DNA of 51,341 nucleotides. It comes from Kofleriaceae bacterium (GTDB taxonomy: Bacteria; Myxococcota_A; Polyangia; Haliangiales; Haliangiaceae). This document shows, in pieces, positions 28,926-38,735 of this stretch (within the stretch, counting starts at the first letter, position 1; every line of letters begins with the position of its first letter). Both the position numbers and the translations under genes were made by a program. The stretch is from contig JBKJLC010000133.1 in NCBI GenBank assembly GCA_046597055.1, positions 1 through 51,341 of the forward strand, written 5' to 3'. The notes beneath the pieces are model-generated. The model was not told the DNA's origin. It saw nothing but the letters and a program-made list of their open reading frames with translations, and ran no database searches.

Positions 28926-30577
28926 TGCCCCGGCTGCTCCTCGCCAGCGTGGCCGCGCTCGCGGTCGCGTGCAACGACCCGGTGATCCCGCGGCCCGCGG
29001 GCGTGCTGGTCGTGTCGCAGGAGCAGCAGGCGTCGTGGGTGCGCAACTTCAATCCGTTCCTGGCGCCCGGGCTGTCGCGCTGGCCGGCCCGGGGCGGCGT
29101 CCACGAGCCGCTGATCATCTGGAACACGATGCGCGGCGGGTACGAGCCGTGGCTGGCCACGGCGTGGGCGTGGACCGACGGGGCCCGCGCGGTGACCTTG
29201 ACCCTGCGCCCCGGTGTCCGGTTCTCGGACGGGGTGCCGCTGACCGTCGCCGACGTGGTCTTCACCTTCGAGCTGATGCGGGCCCACCCGGCGCTCGATC
29301 TCGATGGGGTGTGGAGCTTCCTGGCCGCGGTCGAGGCCCGGGGCGACGACCGGATCGAGTTCCGCTTCCAGCGGCCGTACGCGCCCGGGTTGCACTACCT
29401 TGGCCAGCAGCCGATCGTGCCCGCGCACGTCTGGCGCGGGGTCGCCAGCCCGGTCACCTGGGCCAACCCGTCGCCGGTCGCGACCGGCCCGTTCACGCAG
29501 GTCGACCGGTTCGAGCACCAGCTCTACCAGCTCGGCCGCAATCCTCATTACTGGCAGGGGCTGCCAAAGGTCACCGCGCTGCGGTTCCCGGCCTACGCGT
29601 CCAACGACCAGGCCAACCTGGCCCTGGTCGCGGGCGAGGTCGACTGGGCCGGCAACTTCGTCCCCGCGATCGACCGGGTCTACGTCGGCGCCGATCCCGC
29701 GCACCACCGCTACTGGTTCCCGCTGGTCGACGGCACGATCGCGCTCTACCCCAACGCGAGCCGGGCCCCGTTCGACGACGTGCGGGTCCGCAAGGCGCTG
29801 AGCCTGGCGATCGATCGCACGCTGCTGGTGCAGGTCGCGATGTACGGCTACAGCCGCCCGGCCGACGCGACCGGGCTCGACGACGGCTTCGCGCGCTGGC
29901 GCGATCCGGCCGCCGTCGCGGCCGGCGACTGGGTGCGCCACGATCCAGCCGCGGCCGAGCGGCTGCTCGACGAGGCCGGCTGCCGGCGCGGCGCCGATGG
30001 GGTCCGCGCGTGCAACGGCCGCCGGCTCGAGCTGTCGATCCAGACCGTGTCGGGCTGGTCGGACTGGGTGCGCGCCGCCCAGGTGATCGCCCGCGACCTG
30101 GGCACGATCGGGGTCGCGGCCCGGGTCCGCACCTACGACTTCACCGCCTGGTTCGATCGCCTGCAGCGCGGCGACTTCGAGCTCAGCATGGGCTGGACCG
30201 AGACCGGACCGAGCCCGCACCCGTTCTACCGAGCGCTGATGGCGCGCGAGGCGCTGCGGCCGGTCGGCGAGCTGGCGGCGCGCAACTGGCACCGGTTCAC
30301 CGACCCCGAGGCCAACGCCGCGCTGGTCGCGTTCGAGGCCGCGCTCGATCCGGCCGAGCAGCTGCGGCTGGCGGCGGCGATGCAGCGCCGCTTCGTCGAG
30401 ACCGCGCCGGTGATCCCGCTGTTCCCGAGCCCGTCGTGGGCCGAGTTCTCGACCGCCCGCTTCGAGGGCTTTCCCGACGCCGACCATCCATATGCGCGGC
30501 CGACGCCCAACCGCCAGCCCGAGTGCCTGCTGGTGCTGACCCGGGTCGCGCCGCGCGCGGCCGAGGTGACGCAATGA
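28925..30577 (+). CDS. ABC substrate-binding protein, family 5 (oligosaccharide-binding type)
   Basis: Lipobox AVAC; RNFNPF, PWLA..W, FSDG.PLT..DVVFTF, VATGPF, GWSDW; glycoside hydrolase context. Confidence 0.9.
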   Translation: MPRLLLASVAALAVACNDPVIPRPAGVLVVSQEQQASWVRNFNPFLAPGLSRWPARGGVHEPLIIWNTMRGGYEPWLATAWAWTDGARAVTLTLRPGVRFSDGVPLTVADVVFTFELMRAHPALDLDGVWSFLAAVEARGDDRIEFRFQRPYAPGLHYLGQQPIVPAHVWRGVASPVTWANPSPVATGPFTQVDRFEHQLYQLGRNPHYWQGLPKVTALRFPAYASNDQANLALVAGEVDWAGNFVPAIDRVYVGADPAHHRYWFPLVDGTIALYPNASRAPFDDVRVRKALSLAIDRTLLVQVAMYGYSRPADATGLDDGFARWRDPAAVAAGDWVRHDPAAAERLLDEAGCRRGADGVRACNGRRLELSIQTVSGWSDWVRAAQVIARDLGTIGVAARVRTYDFTAWFDRLQRGDFELSMGWTETGPSPHPFYRALMAREALRPVGELAARNWHRFTDPEANAALVAFEAALDPAEQLRLAAAMQRRFVETAPVIPLFPSPSWAEFSTARFEGFPDADHPYARPTPNRQPECLLVLTRVAPRAAEVTQ

Positions 30578-31566
30578 TCGGCCACCTCGCCCGCCGGCTG
30601 GCGCTGTACGGCCTGGCTGCGTGGGTGTCGCTCACGATCAACTTCCTGATCCCGCGGCTGGCGCCCGGCGACGCGGCCCAGGCCATGATGGCGCGCGCGC
30701 AGGGCCAGCTCAGCCCCGAGGCGACCGCCGCCATGCGCGAGAGCCTCGGGCTCGACGACGCGCCGCTGCCGCGCCAGTACCTCGACTACCTGGGCCGGAC
30801 CCTGCGCGGCGACCTCGGCACCTCGTCGGCCTACTTCCCGGCGCCGGTCACCGACGTGATCGCGGTCGGGCTGGTGTGGACCGTGGTCCTGACCGGCGTC
30901 GCCGTGATCGTCAGCTTCCTGCTCGGCAGCTTGCTCGGCGTGCTGGCGGCGTGGCGGCGCGGCGGCTGGCTCGATTCGGTCGCGCCCCCGGTGCTGGCGC
31001 TGGCCGGCGCGTTTCCCTACTTCTGGCTGGCGATGCTGCTGCTGCACGGGCTGGCCTATCAGGGCGGCTGGTACCCGGTGCGCCACGCGCATGGCGAGCA
31101 CGTCGCGCCCGGCCTCGGGTTCGACTTCGTGATCAGCGCGGTCCGCCACGCGATCTTGCCGGCGGCGACGATCGTGATCGCCACCGTCGGCGGCTGGATG
31201 CTGGCGATGCGCAACACCATGGTCGCGACCCTGCGCGAGGACTACGTCGCGCTGGCCCACGCCAAGGGCCTGTCGGCGCGGCGGGTGATGTTCCGCTACG
31301 CGGCGCGCAACGCGCTCTTGCCCAACGTCACCAGCTTCGGCATGGCGCTCGGCTTCGTCATGTCGGGCTCGCTCCTGACCGAGATCGTGTTCTCGTACCC
31401 GGGGCTCGGCTACCTGCTGATCCAGGCGGTGCGCAACCAGGACGCGACCCTGATGCAGGGGCTGTTCCTCGTGATCACCTTCGCGGTGCTGGTCGCCAAC
31501 CTGATGGTCGACCTCGTCAGCCTGCGGCTCGACCCGCGGCTGGGCGACGGCGGAGGTGACCGGTGA
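30574..31566 (+). CDS. ABC permease (OppB/DppB-like)
   Basis: FLIPRLAPGD, GDLGTS, EDYV..A.AKGL, RNALLP, EIVFSYPGLG. Confidence 0.93.
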   Translation: MIGHLARRLALYGLAAWVSLTINFLIPRLAPGDAAQAMMARAQGQLSPEATAAMRESLGLDDAPLPRQYLDYLGRTLRGDLGTSSAYFPAPVTDVIAVGLVWTVVLTGVAVIVSFLLGSLLGVLAAWRRGGWLDSVAPPVLALAGAFPYFWLAMLLLHGLAYQGGWYPVRHAHGEHVAPGLGFDFVISAVRHAILPAATIVIATVGGWMLAMRNTMVATLREDYVALAHAKGLSARRVMFRYAARNALLPNVTSFGMALGFVMSGSLLTEIVFSYPGLGYLLIQAVRNQDATLMQGLFLVITFAVLVANLMVDLVSLRLDPRLGDGGGDR

Positions 31567-32432
31567 GCCGGCTGTGGCGCAACCGCAAGGCGCGGCTCGG
31601 GCTCGGGCTCCTCGCCGGCTTCGTGCTGATGGCGATGTTCGGCCCGTGGCTGGCCGGCGATCCGGGCGCGTTCGTCGGCGCGCCGCACCAGCCGCCGTCG
31701 TGGGCGCACTGGCTGGGCACCAGCGGCCAGGGCCAGGACATCCTGGCCCAGACCGTCGCGGGCGCCCGCATCACGCTGGCGGTCGGCTTCGCGGTCGGCC
31801 TCGCCGTCACGGTCATCGCCGCGCTGGTCGGCGTGACCGCGGCCTACTTCGGCCGCTGGATCGACGACGTGCTGTCGGTCGTGATCAACGTGTCGATGCT
31901 GCTGCCCGGGCTGCCGCTGGCGGTCGTGATCGCCGCCTACCTGCCGCCGGGCCCGGTCACGATGACGATGGTGCTGATCGCGACCGGCTGGGCCTGGAGC
32001 GCGCGGGTGCTGCGGGCCCAGGCCCGGGCGGTGCGCCAGAAGGAGTACATCCAGGCCGCGATCGTCAGCGGCGAGAGCGCGGCGCGCATCGTCGCGGTCG
32101 AGATGCTGCCCAACCTGGTGCCGGTGCTGGCCTCGTGCCTGATCGGCGCGACCACCTACGCGATCGGCGCCCAGGTCGGCCTCGAGTTCCTGGGCCTCGG
32201 CGACCCCGGCGTGGTCAGCTGGGGCGCCAACCTGTTCTGGGCGTCGAACGACGCCGCGCTGTTCACCGGCTCGTGGTGGCTGTTCGTGCCGACCGGGGTG
32301 TGCGTCGCGCTGGTCGGGTTCGCGCTGGTGCTGGTCAACTTCGGTCTCGACGAGGTGGTCGATCCGCGGCTGGCGGTGGCGCCGGCCGGCGCCGGCACCT
32401 GCGTCGCGACCGTGGTCCGGAGGCGGCGATGA
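31563..32432 (+). CDS. ABC permease (OppC/DppC-like)
   Basis: HWLGT..GQDI, ARVLRAQ, EYIQAA..SGE, LEFLGLG, SWG. Confidence 0.93.
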   Translation: MSRLWRNRKARLGLGLLAGFVLMAMFGPWLAGDPGAFVGAPHQPPSWAHWLGTSGQGQDILAQTVAGARITLAVGFAVGLAVTVIAALVGVTAAYFGRWIDDVLSVVINVSMLLPGLPLAVVIAAYLPPGPVTMTMVLIATGWAWSARVLRAQARAVRQKEYIQAAIVSGESAARIVAVEMLPNLVPVLASCLIGATTYAIGAQVGLEFLGLGDPGVVSWGANLFWASNDAALFTGSWWLFVPTGVCVALVGFALVLVNFGLDEVVDPRLAVAPAGAGTCVATVVRRRR

Positions 32433-33433
32433 ACGAGGTCGCAATTCCCCAGTCGATCGACGACGACGAGCCCGCCGATCGCGAGCCGGTGCTCGACATC
32501 CGCGACCTGTGGGTCGAGTACGAGGGCGCCGCCGGCGCGGTGGCCGCGGTGCGCGGGGTGTCGCTCGCGGTCGCGCCCGGCGAGGTGCTCGGCCTCGCCG
32601 GCGAGTCGGGCAGCGGCAAGTCGAGCATCGCCCAGGCGATCGTGCGCATCCTGCCGCCGCCGGCGGTGGTGACCGGCGGCCAGATCCTGATCCGCGGCCG
32701 CGACATCCTCGATCTCGACGACGCCGCGCTGCGCGCGACCCGCTGGCGCGACGTCGCGCTGGTGATGCAGAACGCCAGCCACGCGCTCAACCCGGTGATC
32801 ACGATCGGCGAGCAGATCACCGATGCCATCCGCGCCCACGAGCCGGTGCGGCGGCGCGAGGCGCGGGCCCGGGCCGCCGACCTGCTCGACCGGGTCGGGG
32901 TCGGCGCGGCCCGGCTCGACGGCTTCCCGCACCAGCTGTCGGGCGGCATGCGCCAGCGGGTCGCGATCGCGATGGCGCTGGCGCTGGCCCCGCCGCTCTT
33001 GATCCTCGACGAGCCGACCACCGCGCTCGACGTGGTGGTCCAGCGCGAGATCCTCGAGGAGCTGGCCGAGCTGCGCCACAAGCTCGGCTTCGCGGTCGTG
33101 TTCATCAGCCACGACCTCGGCCTGCTGTTCGAGCTCGCCGACCGGGTCGCGGTGCTGTACGCCGGCTCGATCGTCGAGCAGGGGCCGGCCGCGGCGCTGC
33201 GCCAGGCGCCGCGCCACCCCTACACGCAGGGCCTGCTGGCCTCGGTGCCGCCCCTGCGCGGCCCCCGGCGCACGCTGACCGGGGTCCGCGGCGCGCCGCC
33301 CGACCTGCGCGCGCTGCCGACCGGTTGCCCGTTTCACCCCCGCTGCGATCGCGCGTTCGCGCCCTGCGCCGGCGAGGCGCCGCCCCGCCGCGCGGCGAGC
33401 GCCGACCACCATCACCGCTGCCATCTCGGATGA
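32429..33433 (+). CDS. ABC ATPase (OppD/DppD-like)
   Basis: GESGSGKS, FPHQLSGGMRQR, LILDEPTTALD, HPYT..LL, GCPFHPRC. Confidence 0.95.
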   Translation: MNEVAIPQSIDDDEPADREPVLDIRDLWVEYEGAAGAVAAVRGVSLAVAPGEVLGLAGESGSGKSSIAQAIVRILPPPAVVTGGQILIRGRDILDLDDAALRATRWRDVALVMQNASHALNPVITIGEQITDAIRAHEPVRRREARARAADLLDRVGVGAARLDGFPHQLSGGMRQRVAIAMALALAPPLLILDEPTTALDVVVQREILEELAELRHKLGFAVVFISHDLGLLFELADRVAVLYAGSIVEQGPAAALRQAPRHPYTQGLLASVPPLRGPRRTLTGVRGAPPDLRALPTGCPFHPRCDRAFAPCAGEAPPRRAASADHHHRCHLG

Positions 33434-33443
33434 GAGCCTGACC

Positions 33444-34424
33444 ATGCCCCTCCTCGAAGTTCGTCAGCTCGCCAAGACCTACCGCGTCCGCCGCGGCCTG
33501 CGGGTCACCCGGGTCGCCGCGGTGCGCGACGTGTCGTTCCGGCTCGACCGCGGTGAGATCGTCGCGCTGGTCGGCGAGTCGGGCAGCGGCAAGAGCACGG
33601 TGGCCCGGATGCTGGCCCGGCTGGTCGAGCCGAGCGCGGGCGCGGTGCTGCTCGACGGCACCGACGTGCTCGCGAGCGAGCCGCGCGGCGCGTCGCTCGG
33701 CTATCGCAAGCGGGTCCAGATGATCTTCCAGGACCCGTATGGCTCGCTCAACCCGGCCCACACCGTCGGCCACCACCTGGCCCGTCCGTTGCTCCGGCAC
33801 CGCCGGGCCCGCGGCACCTCGGTCGAGGCCCGGGTCCATCAGCTGCTCGCCGACGTCGGCCTCGGCCCGGCGGCGGAGATCGCCGCGCGCCGCCCGCACG
33901 AGCTGTCGGGCGGTCAGCGCCAGCGGGTCGCGATCGCGCGCGCGCTCGCGGTCGACCCCGACGTGCTGGTCGCCGACGAGCCGACCTCGATGCTCGACGT
34001 GTCGCTGCGGGTCGACGTGCTCAACCTGATGCAGCGGCTGCGCGACGTGCGCCGGCTCGGGCTGATCGTGATCACCCACGACCTGGCCAGCGCCCGCTAC
34101 CTGGCCGATCGCATCCTGGTCCTGTACGGGGGCACCCTGGTCGAGGAGGCGCCCGCCGACGAGCTGGTCGCGCGCCCGGCGCATCCCTACACCCAGCTGC
34201 TGCTGGCCGCGGTGCCCGATCCCGACCGTCCGGGCGGGCACCCGGTCCGGCGCGGCCTGCCGGTGATCGCCAGCGGCGAGGCTGGCTGTCCGTTCGCCGG
34301 ACGCTGCGACCACGTCATCGCGCGGTGCCGGACCGAGGCGCCGGTGGTCTCCGACCTCGGCGACGGCCATCGGGTCCGCTGCCACCGCGCCCTCGAGCTG
34401 GTGACCGCGCGGAGGGCGGCATGA
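33444..34424 (+). CDS. ABC ATPase (OppF/DppF-like)
   Basis: GESGSGKST, QMIFQDPY.SLNP, LSGGQRQR, ADEPTSMLD, HPYT. Confidence 0.95.
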   Translation: MPLLEVRQLAKTYRVRRGLRVTRVAAVRDVSFRLDRGEIVALVGESGSGKSTVARMLARLVEPSAGAVLLDGTDVLASEPRGASLGYRKRVQMIFQDPYGSLNPAHTVGHHLARPLLRHRRARGTSVEARVHQLLADVGLGPAAEIAARRPHELSGGQRQRVAIARALAVDPDVLVADEPTSMLDVSLRVDVLNLMQRLRDVRRLGLIVITHDLASARYLADRILVLYGGTLVEEAPADELVARPAHPYTQLLLAAVPDPDRPGGHPVRRGLPVIASGEAGCPFAGRCDHVIARCRTEAPVVSDLGDGHRVRCHRALELVTARRAA

Positions 34425-35776
34425 GCCAGTTTCCCGACCGCTTCGTGTGGGGCGCCGCGACCTCCTCGTACCAGATCGAAGGCGCGGTCGCCGAGGACGG
34501 CCGCGGCGAGTCGATCTGGGATCGGTTCTGCCAGCAGCCGGGCGCCGTCGCCGGCGGTGCCCACGGTGACATCGCCTGCGATCACTACCGGCGCTGGCCC
34601 GGCGACGTCGCGCTCATGCGCGATCTCGGCCTGGGCGCGTACCGCTTCTCGGTCGCGTGGCCGCGCGTGATCCCGGCCGGCATCGGCGCGGTCAACCCGC
34701 CCGGCCTCGACTTCTACGACCGGCTGGTCGACGGCCTGCTGGCCGCGGGCATCGAGCCGTTCGCGACCCTGTACCACTGGGATCTGCCGCAGCCGCTCGA
34801 GGATGCGGGCGGTTGGCCGGTGCGCACGACCGCCGATGCCTTTGTGGTCTACGCCGACGTGGTCAGCCGCCGCCTGGGCGACCGGGTCAAGCACTGGATC
34901 ACGCACAACGAGCCGTGGTGCGTGAGCGTGCTCGGCTACGCCGACGGCCAGCACGCCCCGGGTCGGCGCGATCCCGCGGCCGCGCTGGCGGCCAGTCATC
35001 ACCTGCTGCTGTCGCACGGGTGGGCGGTCCCGGTGATCCGCGGCAACGCGCCCGGCGCCGAGGTCGGCATCACGCTCAACCTGGTGCCGGCGGTGCCGGC
35101 GTCGGCCAGCCCGGCCGACCGCGACGCATGTCGCCGCTTCGACGGCACCATGAACCGCTGGTACCTCGATCCGTTGCACGGCCGCGGCTACCCGGCCGAC
35201 GTGCTCGCCGATCACGTCGCCGCCGGCGCGGTGCCGGCCACCGGCTGGCCGGTGGTGCAGCCCGGCGACCTCGAGGCGATCGCCACCGCCACCGACTTCC
35301 TGGGCGTGAACTACTACAGCCGGGCGATCAGCCGCGGCGCCGGCGCCGACAACCTGCCGCCGGCGCTGGTCGTCGCGCCCGTGCAGACCGACATTGGCTG
35401 GGAGGTCTACCCCGACGGGCTCGCCGAGATCCTGGTGCGCGTGCACCAGGACTATCGGCCGGCCAAGCTCCACGTCACCGAGAACGGGGCCAGCTACGCG
35501 ACCGCGCCCGGCGACGACGGCCGCATCCGCGACCTGGCGCGCACGCAGTATCTCCACGATCACCTGCTGTCGGCGCGCCGCGCGATCGCGGCTGGCGTGC
35601 CGCTGGCCGGCTACTTCGCATGGTCCCTGATGGACAACTTCGAGTGGGCGTACGGCTATCAGCAGCGGTTCGGGATCACCTGGGTCGACTACCAGGACCA
35701 GACGCGGATCCTGAAAGACAGCGGCCACTGGTACCGGCGCGTGATCGACGCCAACGCGGTCGTCGCGATCGACTGA
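34421..35776 (+). CDS. GH1 beta-glucosidase
   Basis: FVWGAATSSYQIEG, YRFSVAWPR, TLYHWDLP, THNEP, VTENG, WSLMDNFEW. Confidence 0.96.
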   Translation: MSQFPDRFVWGAATSSYQIEGAVAEDGRGESIWDRFCQQPGAVAGGAHGDIACDHYRRWPGDVALMRDLGLGAYRFSVAWPRVIPAGIGAVNPPGLDFYDRLVDGLLAAGIEPFATLYHWDLPQPLEDAGGWPVRTTADAFVVYADVVSRRLGDRVKHWITHNEPWCVSVLGYADGQHAPGRRDPAAALAASHHLLLSHGWAVPVIRGNAPGAEVGITLNLVPAVPASASPADRDACRRFDGTMNRWYLDPLHGRGYPADVLADHVAAGAVPATGWPVVQPGDLEAIATATDFLGVNYYSRAISRGAGADNLPPALVVAPVQTDIGWEVYPDGLAEILVRVHQDYRPAKLHVTENGASYATAPGDDGRIRDLARTQYLHDHLLSARRAIAAGVPLAGYFAWSLMDNFEWAYGYQQRFGITWVDYQDQTRILKDSGHWYRRVIDANAVVAID

Positions 35777-35830
35777 GCCACGCCTCATGAAAGCCGTTCG
35801 TTATCCGTTCGCCGATCCGCTGCCGGTGGG

Positions 35831-36835
35831 GTGCCCGTGACCGCGCGTCGGGTGGCGATCTTGACCAGCGGCGGCGACGCGCCCGGCATGAACACGGCGA
35901 TCCGGGCCGCCGTGATCGCGGGCGTCGACGCCGGCTGCGACATGATCGGGATCCGCGACGGCTTCCGGGGCGTGGTCGCGGGCACCTTCGATCGCCTCAC
36001 CGCCGGCGACGTGTCCTCGATCCAGGGCCGCGGCGGCACCATCCTCGGTACCGCGCGTTGCCCCGAGCTGGTCGATCCCTCGGTCCGCGCCCGTGCCCGT
36101 GCGGTGCTCACGGTGGCCGGGATCGACGCCGTGATCGTGATCGGCGGCGATGGCTCGATGCGAGGCGCGGCCGCGCTCGGCGCCGACGGCGGCCCGCGCA
36201 TGATCGGCGTGCCGGCCTCGATCGACAACGATCTCGCCGCCAGCTGCTCGATCGGGGCCGACACCGCGCTGAACACGATCGTCGATGCCTGCGACCGGCT
36301 CGGCGACACCGCCGACGCCCACGACCGGGCGTTCCTGATCGAGGTCATGGGCCGGGACTCGGGCTGGCTCGCGCGCAGCGCGGCCGAGGCGATGGGTGCC
36401 GACGCCGTGGTCTACCCCGAGGCCGGGCGCAGCGAGGACGACGTGATCGCAGACGTGGTCGCCGCGATCCGACGGGCGCGGGCCCGGCCCGGGGCGCGTC
36501 GGGTGCTGGTCATCAAGGCCGAGGGGGTCGCGGTGCCGATTGATCGCCTCAAGCGCCGGGTCGACGCCGCGCTGGTCGGCGCCGCCGCGATCGAGACCCG
36601 CACGATCGTGCTCGGCCACCTGGTCCGCGGGGGCGCGCCGACCGGGTTCGACCGCGTGCTCGCCGCGCACCTCGGCCGCACCGCGATGCGGGCCGCGCTG
36701 GCCGGCGCCGGGCACGTGATGGTGGCGTGGCGTCCGCCGGTCGCGAGCGCCGCGGCCGCGCAGCCGGATGGCCAGTGCCGGCTGATCGACCTCGACCAGG
36801 TGGTGCCGCCGATGCGGGTCGCGGTCGCGCGCTGA
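35831..36835 (+). CDS. pfkA: ATP-dependent 6-phosphofructokinase
   Basis: LTSGGDAPGMN, GGTILGTAR, IGGDGS, SIDND, IEVMGR, LGH..RGG. Confidence 0.9.
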   Translation: MPVTARRVAILTSGGDAPGMNTAIRAAVIAGVDAGCDMIGIRDGFRGVVAGTFDRLTAGDVSSIQGRGGTILGTARCPELVDPSVRARARAVLTVAGIDAVIVIGGDGSMRGAAALGADGGPRMIGVPASIDNDLAASCSIGADTALNTIVDACDRLGDTADAHDRAFLIEVMGRDSGWLARSAAEAMGADAVVYPEAGRSEDDVIADVVAAIRRARARPGARRVLVIKAEGVAVPIDRLKRRVDAALVGAAAIETRTIVLGHLVRGGAPTGFDRVLAAHLGRTAMRAALAGAGHVMVAWRPPVASAAAAQPDGQCRLIDLDQVVPPMRVAVAR

Positions 36836-36889
36836 GTCGCGCCGTGGTGGTCGCCTGCCGAGACCGCGTGTGTGGGGCTGGGACCGCAG

Positions 36890-36976
36890 GGCAACGGCAC
36901 CGGCATCGGCACCGGCACCGGCAACTGCAGCGGCAGCGGCAGCGGCAGCGGCAACGGCACCGGCAACGGCATCGGC
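36890..36976. repeat. Degenerate hexanucleotide tandem repeat (GGCANC)n, about 14 units
   Basis: ggcaac ggcacc ggcatc ggcacc ggcacc ggcaac tgcagc ggcagc ... in the pfkA-ycaQ intergenic region. Confidence 0.85.
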
Positions 36977-37060
36977 GGGCTCGGTGGGTGGGTGGCTGGC
37001 TTCGAGAGCCAGTGTCGATGGGATAGGCGCGAGCGATCGGGACTGAACGGGTTGCCGTTC

Positions 37061-37140
37061 GTCCTGAGCGCAGAGCGAGCGCAAGCGAGCTCGCAGTCCA
37101 AGGACGCCCTTCAGGATCCCGCACATGTTCCCGGTGTCTC
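37061..37140. repeat. Diverged second copy of the REP-like element at 18334-18508
   Basis: GTCCTGAGCG...GTCCAAGG frame; 37111-37140 matches 18389-18418 at 25 of 30 positions. Confidence 0.65.
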
Positions 37141-37281
37141 CAGGCCAGGGCTCGCGCAGCGAGCCCGCGGTCGAACGGCCAGATCGTTCGCGTGCGGCGC
37201 TCTCGTCGCGCGCGGCATGCACCGAAACGGTCCCGATCGCGTCCGCGTGTTTGTCGCCTGGCCGTAGGATGCACCGGAAGG

Positions 37282-38526
37282 ATGAGCCCACTCGACCGGC
37301 CGGTGGTCATGACGGCGGGCAAGTCGGTGCACCTGTCGGCGGTGTCGGCGCGCCGGATCGCGCTGGCGGCCCAGGGGCTGGCGGCGGGTCGCCCGGCCGT
37401 GGCCGATCTGCGGGCGGTGCGCCGGCTGTTCACGCAGCTGCAGCTGGTGCAGCTCGACTCGGTCAACGTGCTGGTGCGCGCCCAGGAGCTGCCGCTGTGG
37501 ACCCGGCTGGGCGGGCATCCGCGCGACGCGCTGGCGCGGCTGGTCGAGCGCCGCGAGCTGTTCGAGTACTGGGGCCACGAGGCCAGCCTGTGCCCGGTGG
37601 TGCTGCATCCGCTGCTGCGCTGGCGGATGGAGGCGGCGCGGGCCGGGACCGGGACCTGGGGCAACATCGCGCGGATCGCGCGCGAGCGCCGCGCGCTGGT
37701 CGACGACCTCCTCGCCGAGGTGCGCCGGCGCGGGCCGCTGTCCGCCGGCGAGCTGACCGCGGGTGGGCCGCGCACGAAGCCGACGTCGTGGTGGGGCTGG
37801 AGCGATCACAAGCGGGCGCTGGAGTTCCTGTTCTGGGCCGGGGAGCTGACCGCGACCCGTCGCCCGGGCACGTTCGAGCGGGTCTACGATCTGCCCGAGC
37901 GGGTGCTCCCGCCCGCGGTGATCGCGGCGCCGACCCCGCCGGTGCGCGACGCCCAGCGCGAGCTCGTGCGGCGGGCCGCGCAGGCGCTCGGGGTCGCGAC
38001 CGCCACCGATCTCGGTGACTACTTCCGGCTGAAGCCGCCGGTCGCGCGCCCGCTGGTCGCCGAGCTGGTGGAGCGCGGCGCGCTGGTCCCGGTCGTGGTC
38101 GAGGGTTGGCGCGAGCCGGGGTTCCTCGATCCCGCGGCGCGCGAGCCGCGGCGCGTGGCCGCCGCCACGCTGGTCAGCCCGTTCGACTCGCTGATCTGGC
38201 GGCGCCCGCGGACCGAGCGGCTGTTCGACTTCCACTACCGTCTCGAGATCTACACGCCGGCGCCGCAGCGCCGCTTCGGGTACTACGTGCTGCCGTTCCT
38301 GCTCGGGGACCGGCTGGTCGCGCGGGTCGATCTCAAGGCCGATCGAGCCGGCGGCGCGCTGGCGGTCGCCGGCGCCCATGCCGAGGTCGGGGTCGATCGC
38401 GGCGGGGTGGCGGCCGCGCTGGTCGTCGAGCTGCGGGCGATGGCGGCATGGCTCGGTCTCGACCGCCTCGCGATCGCCGCGCGCGGCGACCTCGCCCGCG
38501 CGCTGCGCGCCGCGGCCCGGGGCTGA
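37282..38526 (+). CDS. YcaQ/AlkZ-family (HTH_42) crosslink-repair DNA glycosylase
   Basis: ARRIALAAQG, VQLDSVNV (QxD), FEYWGHEAS, FERVYDL.ERV, SPFDSLIW, YRLEIYTP..QR.FGYYVLP. Confidence 0.88.
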   Translation: MSPLDRPVVMTAGKSVHLSAVSARRIALAAQGLAAGRPAVADLRAVRRLFTQLQLVQLDSVNVLVRAQELPLWTRLGGHPRDALARLVERRELFEYWGHEASLCPVVLHPLLRWRMEAARAGTGTWGNIARIARERRALVDDLLAEVRRRGPLSAGELTAGGPRTKPTSWWGWSDHKRALEFLFWAGELTATRRPGTFERVYDLPERVLPPAVIAAPTPPVRDAQRELVRRAAQALGVATATDLGDYFRLKPPVARPLVAELVERGALVPVVVEGWREPGFLDPAAREPRRVAAATLVSPFDSLIWRRPRTERLFDFHYRLEIYTPAPQRRFGYYVLPFLLGDRLVARVDLKADRAGGALAVAGAHAEVGVDRGGVAAALVVELRAMAAWLGLDRLAIAARGDLARALRAAARG

Positions 38527-38684
38527 GCTGCCTCGTCCAGGCAGCGACGGCACCCGCCCGACCGTGACGCGACTCTGCCAGCTCGTGCAGTCGACCTGGG
38601 GTCCCGCCGGCACACCACACAGTCGTTCGTGGCCGGCGGTTCACGACCGAGGCGCGCCACGGGCGAAATGCCGACGGGACCGCG

Positions 38685-38700
38685 CGGCACAGCGGTTGCT
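38685..38700 (+). promoter_or_regulatory. Putative sigma54 promoter
   Basis: CGGCACAGCGGTTGCT = GG-N10-GC with canonical TTGCT -12 box. Confidence 0.7.
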
Positions 38701-38735
38701 CCATGTCCGGACGTACCCACGAAAGGCCGCGTGTC

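Noticed and set aside
36872..37267. 131-aa Gly/Asn/Ser-rich ORF
   Set aside because: Produced by the hexamer repeat and palindromic element; no coding-like composition elsewhere and no ribosome site
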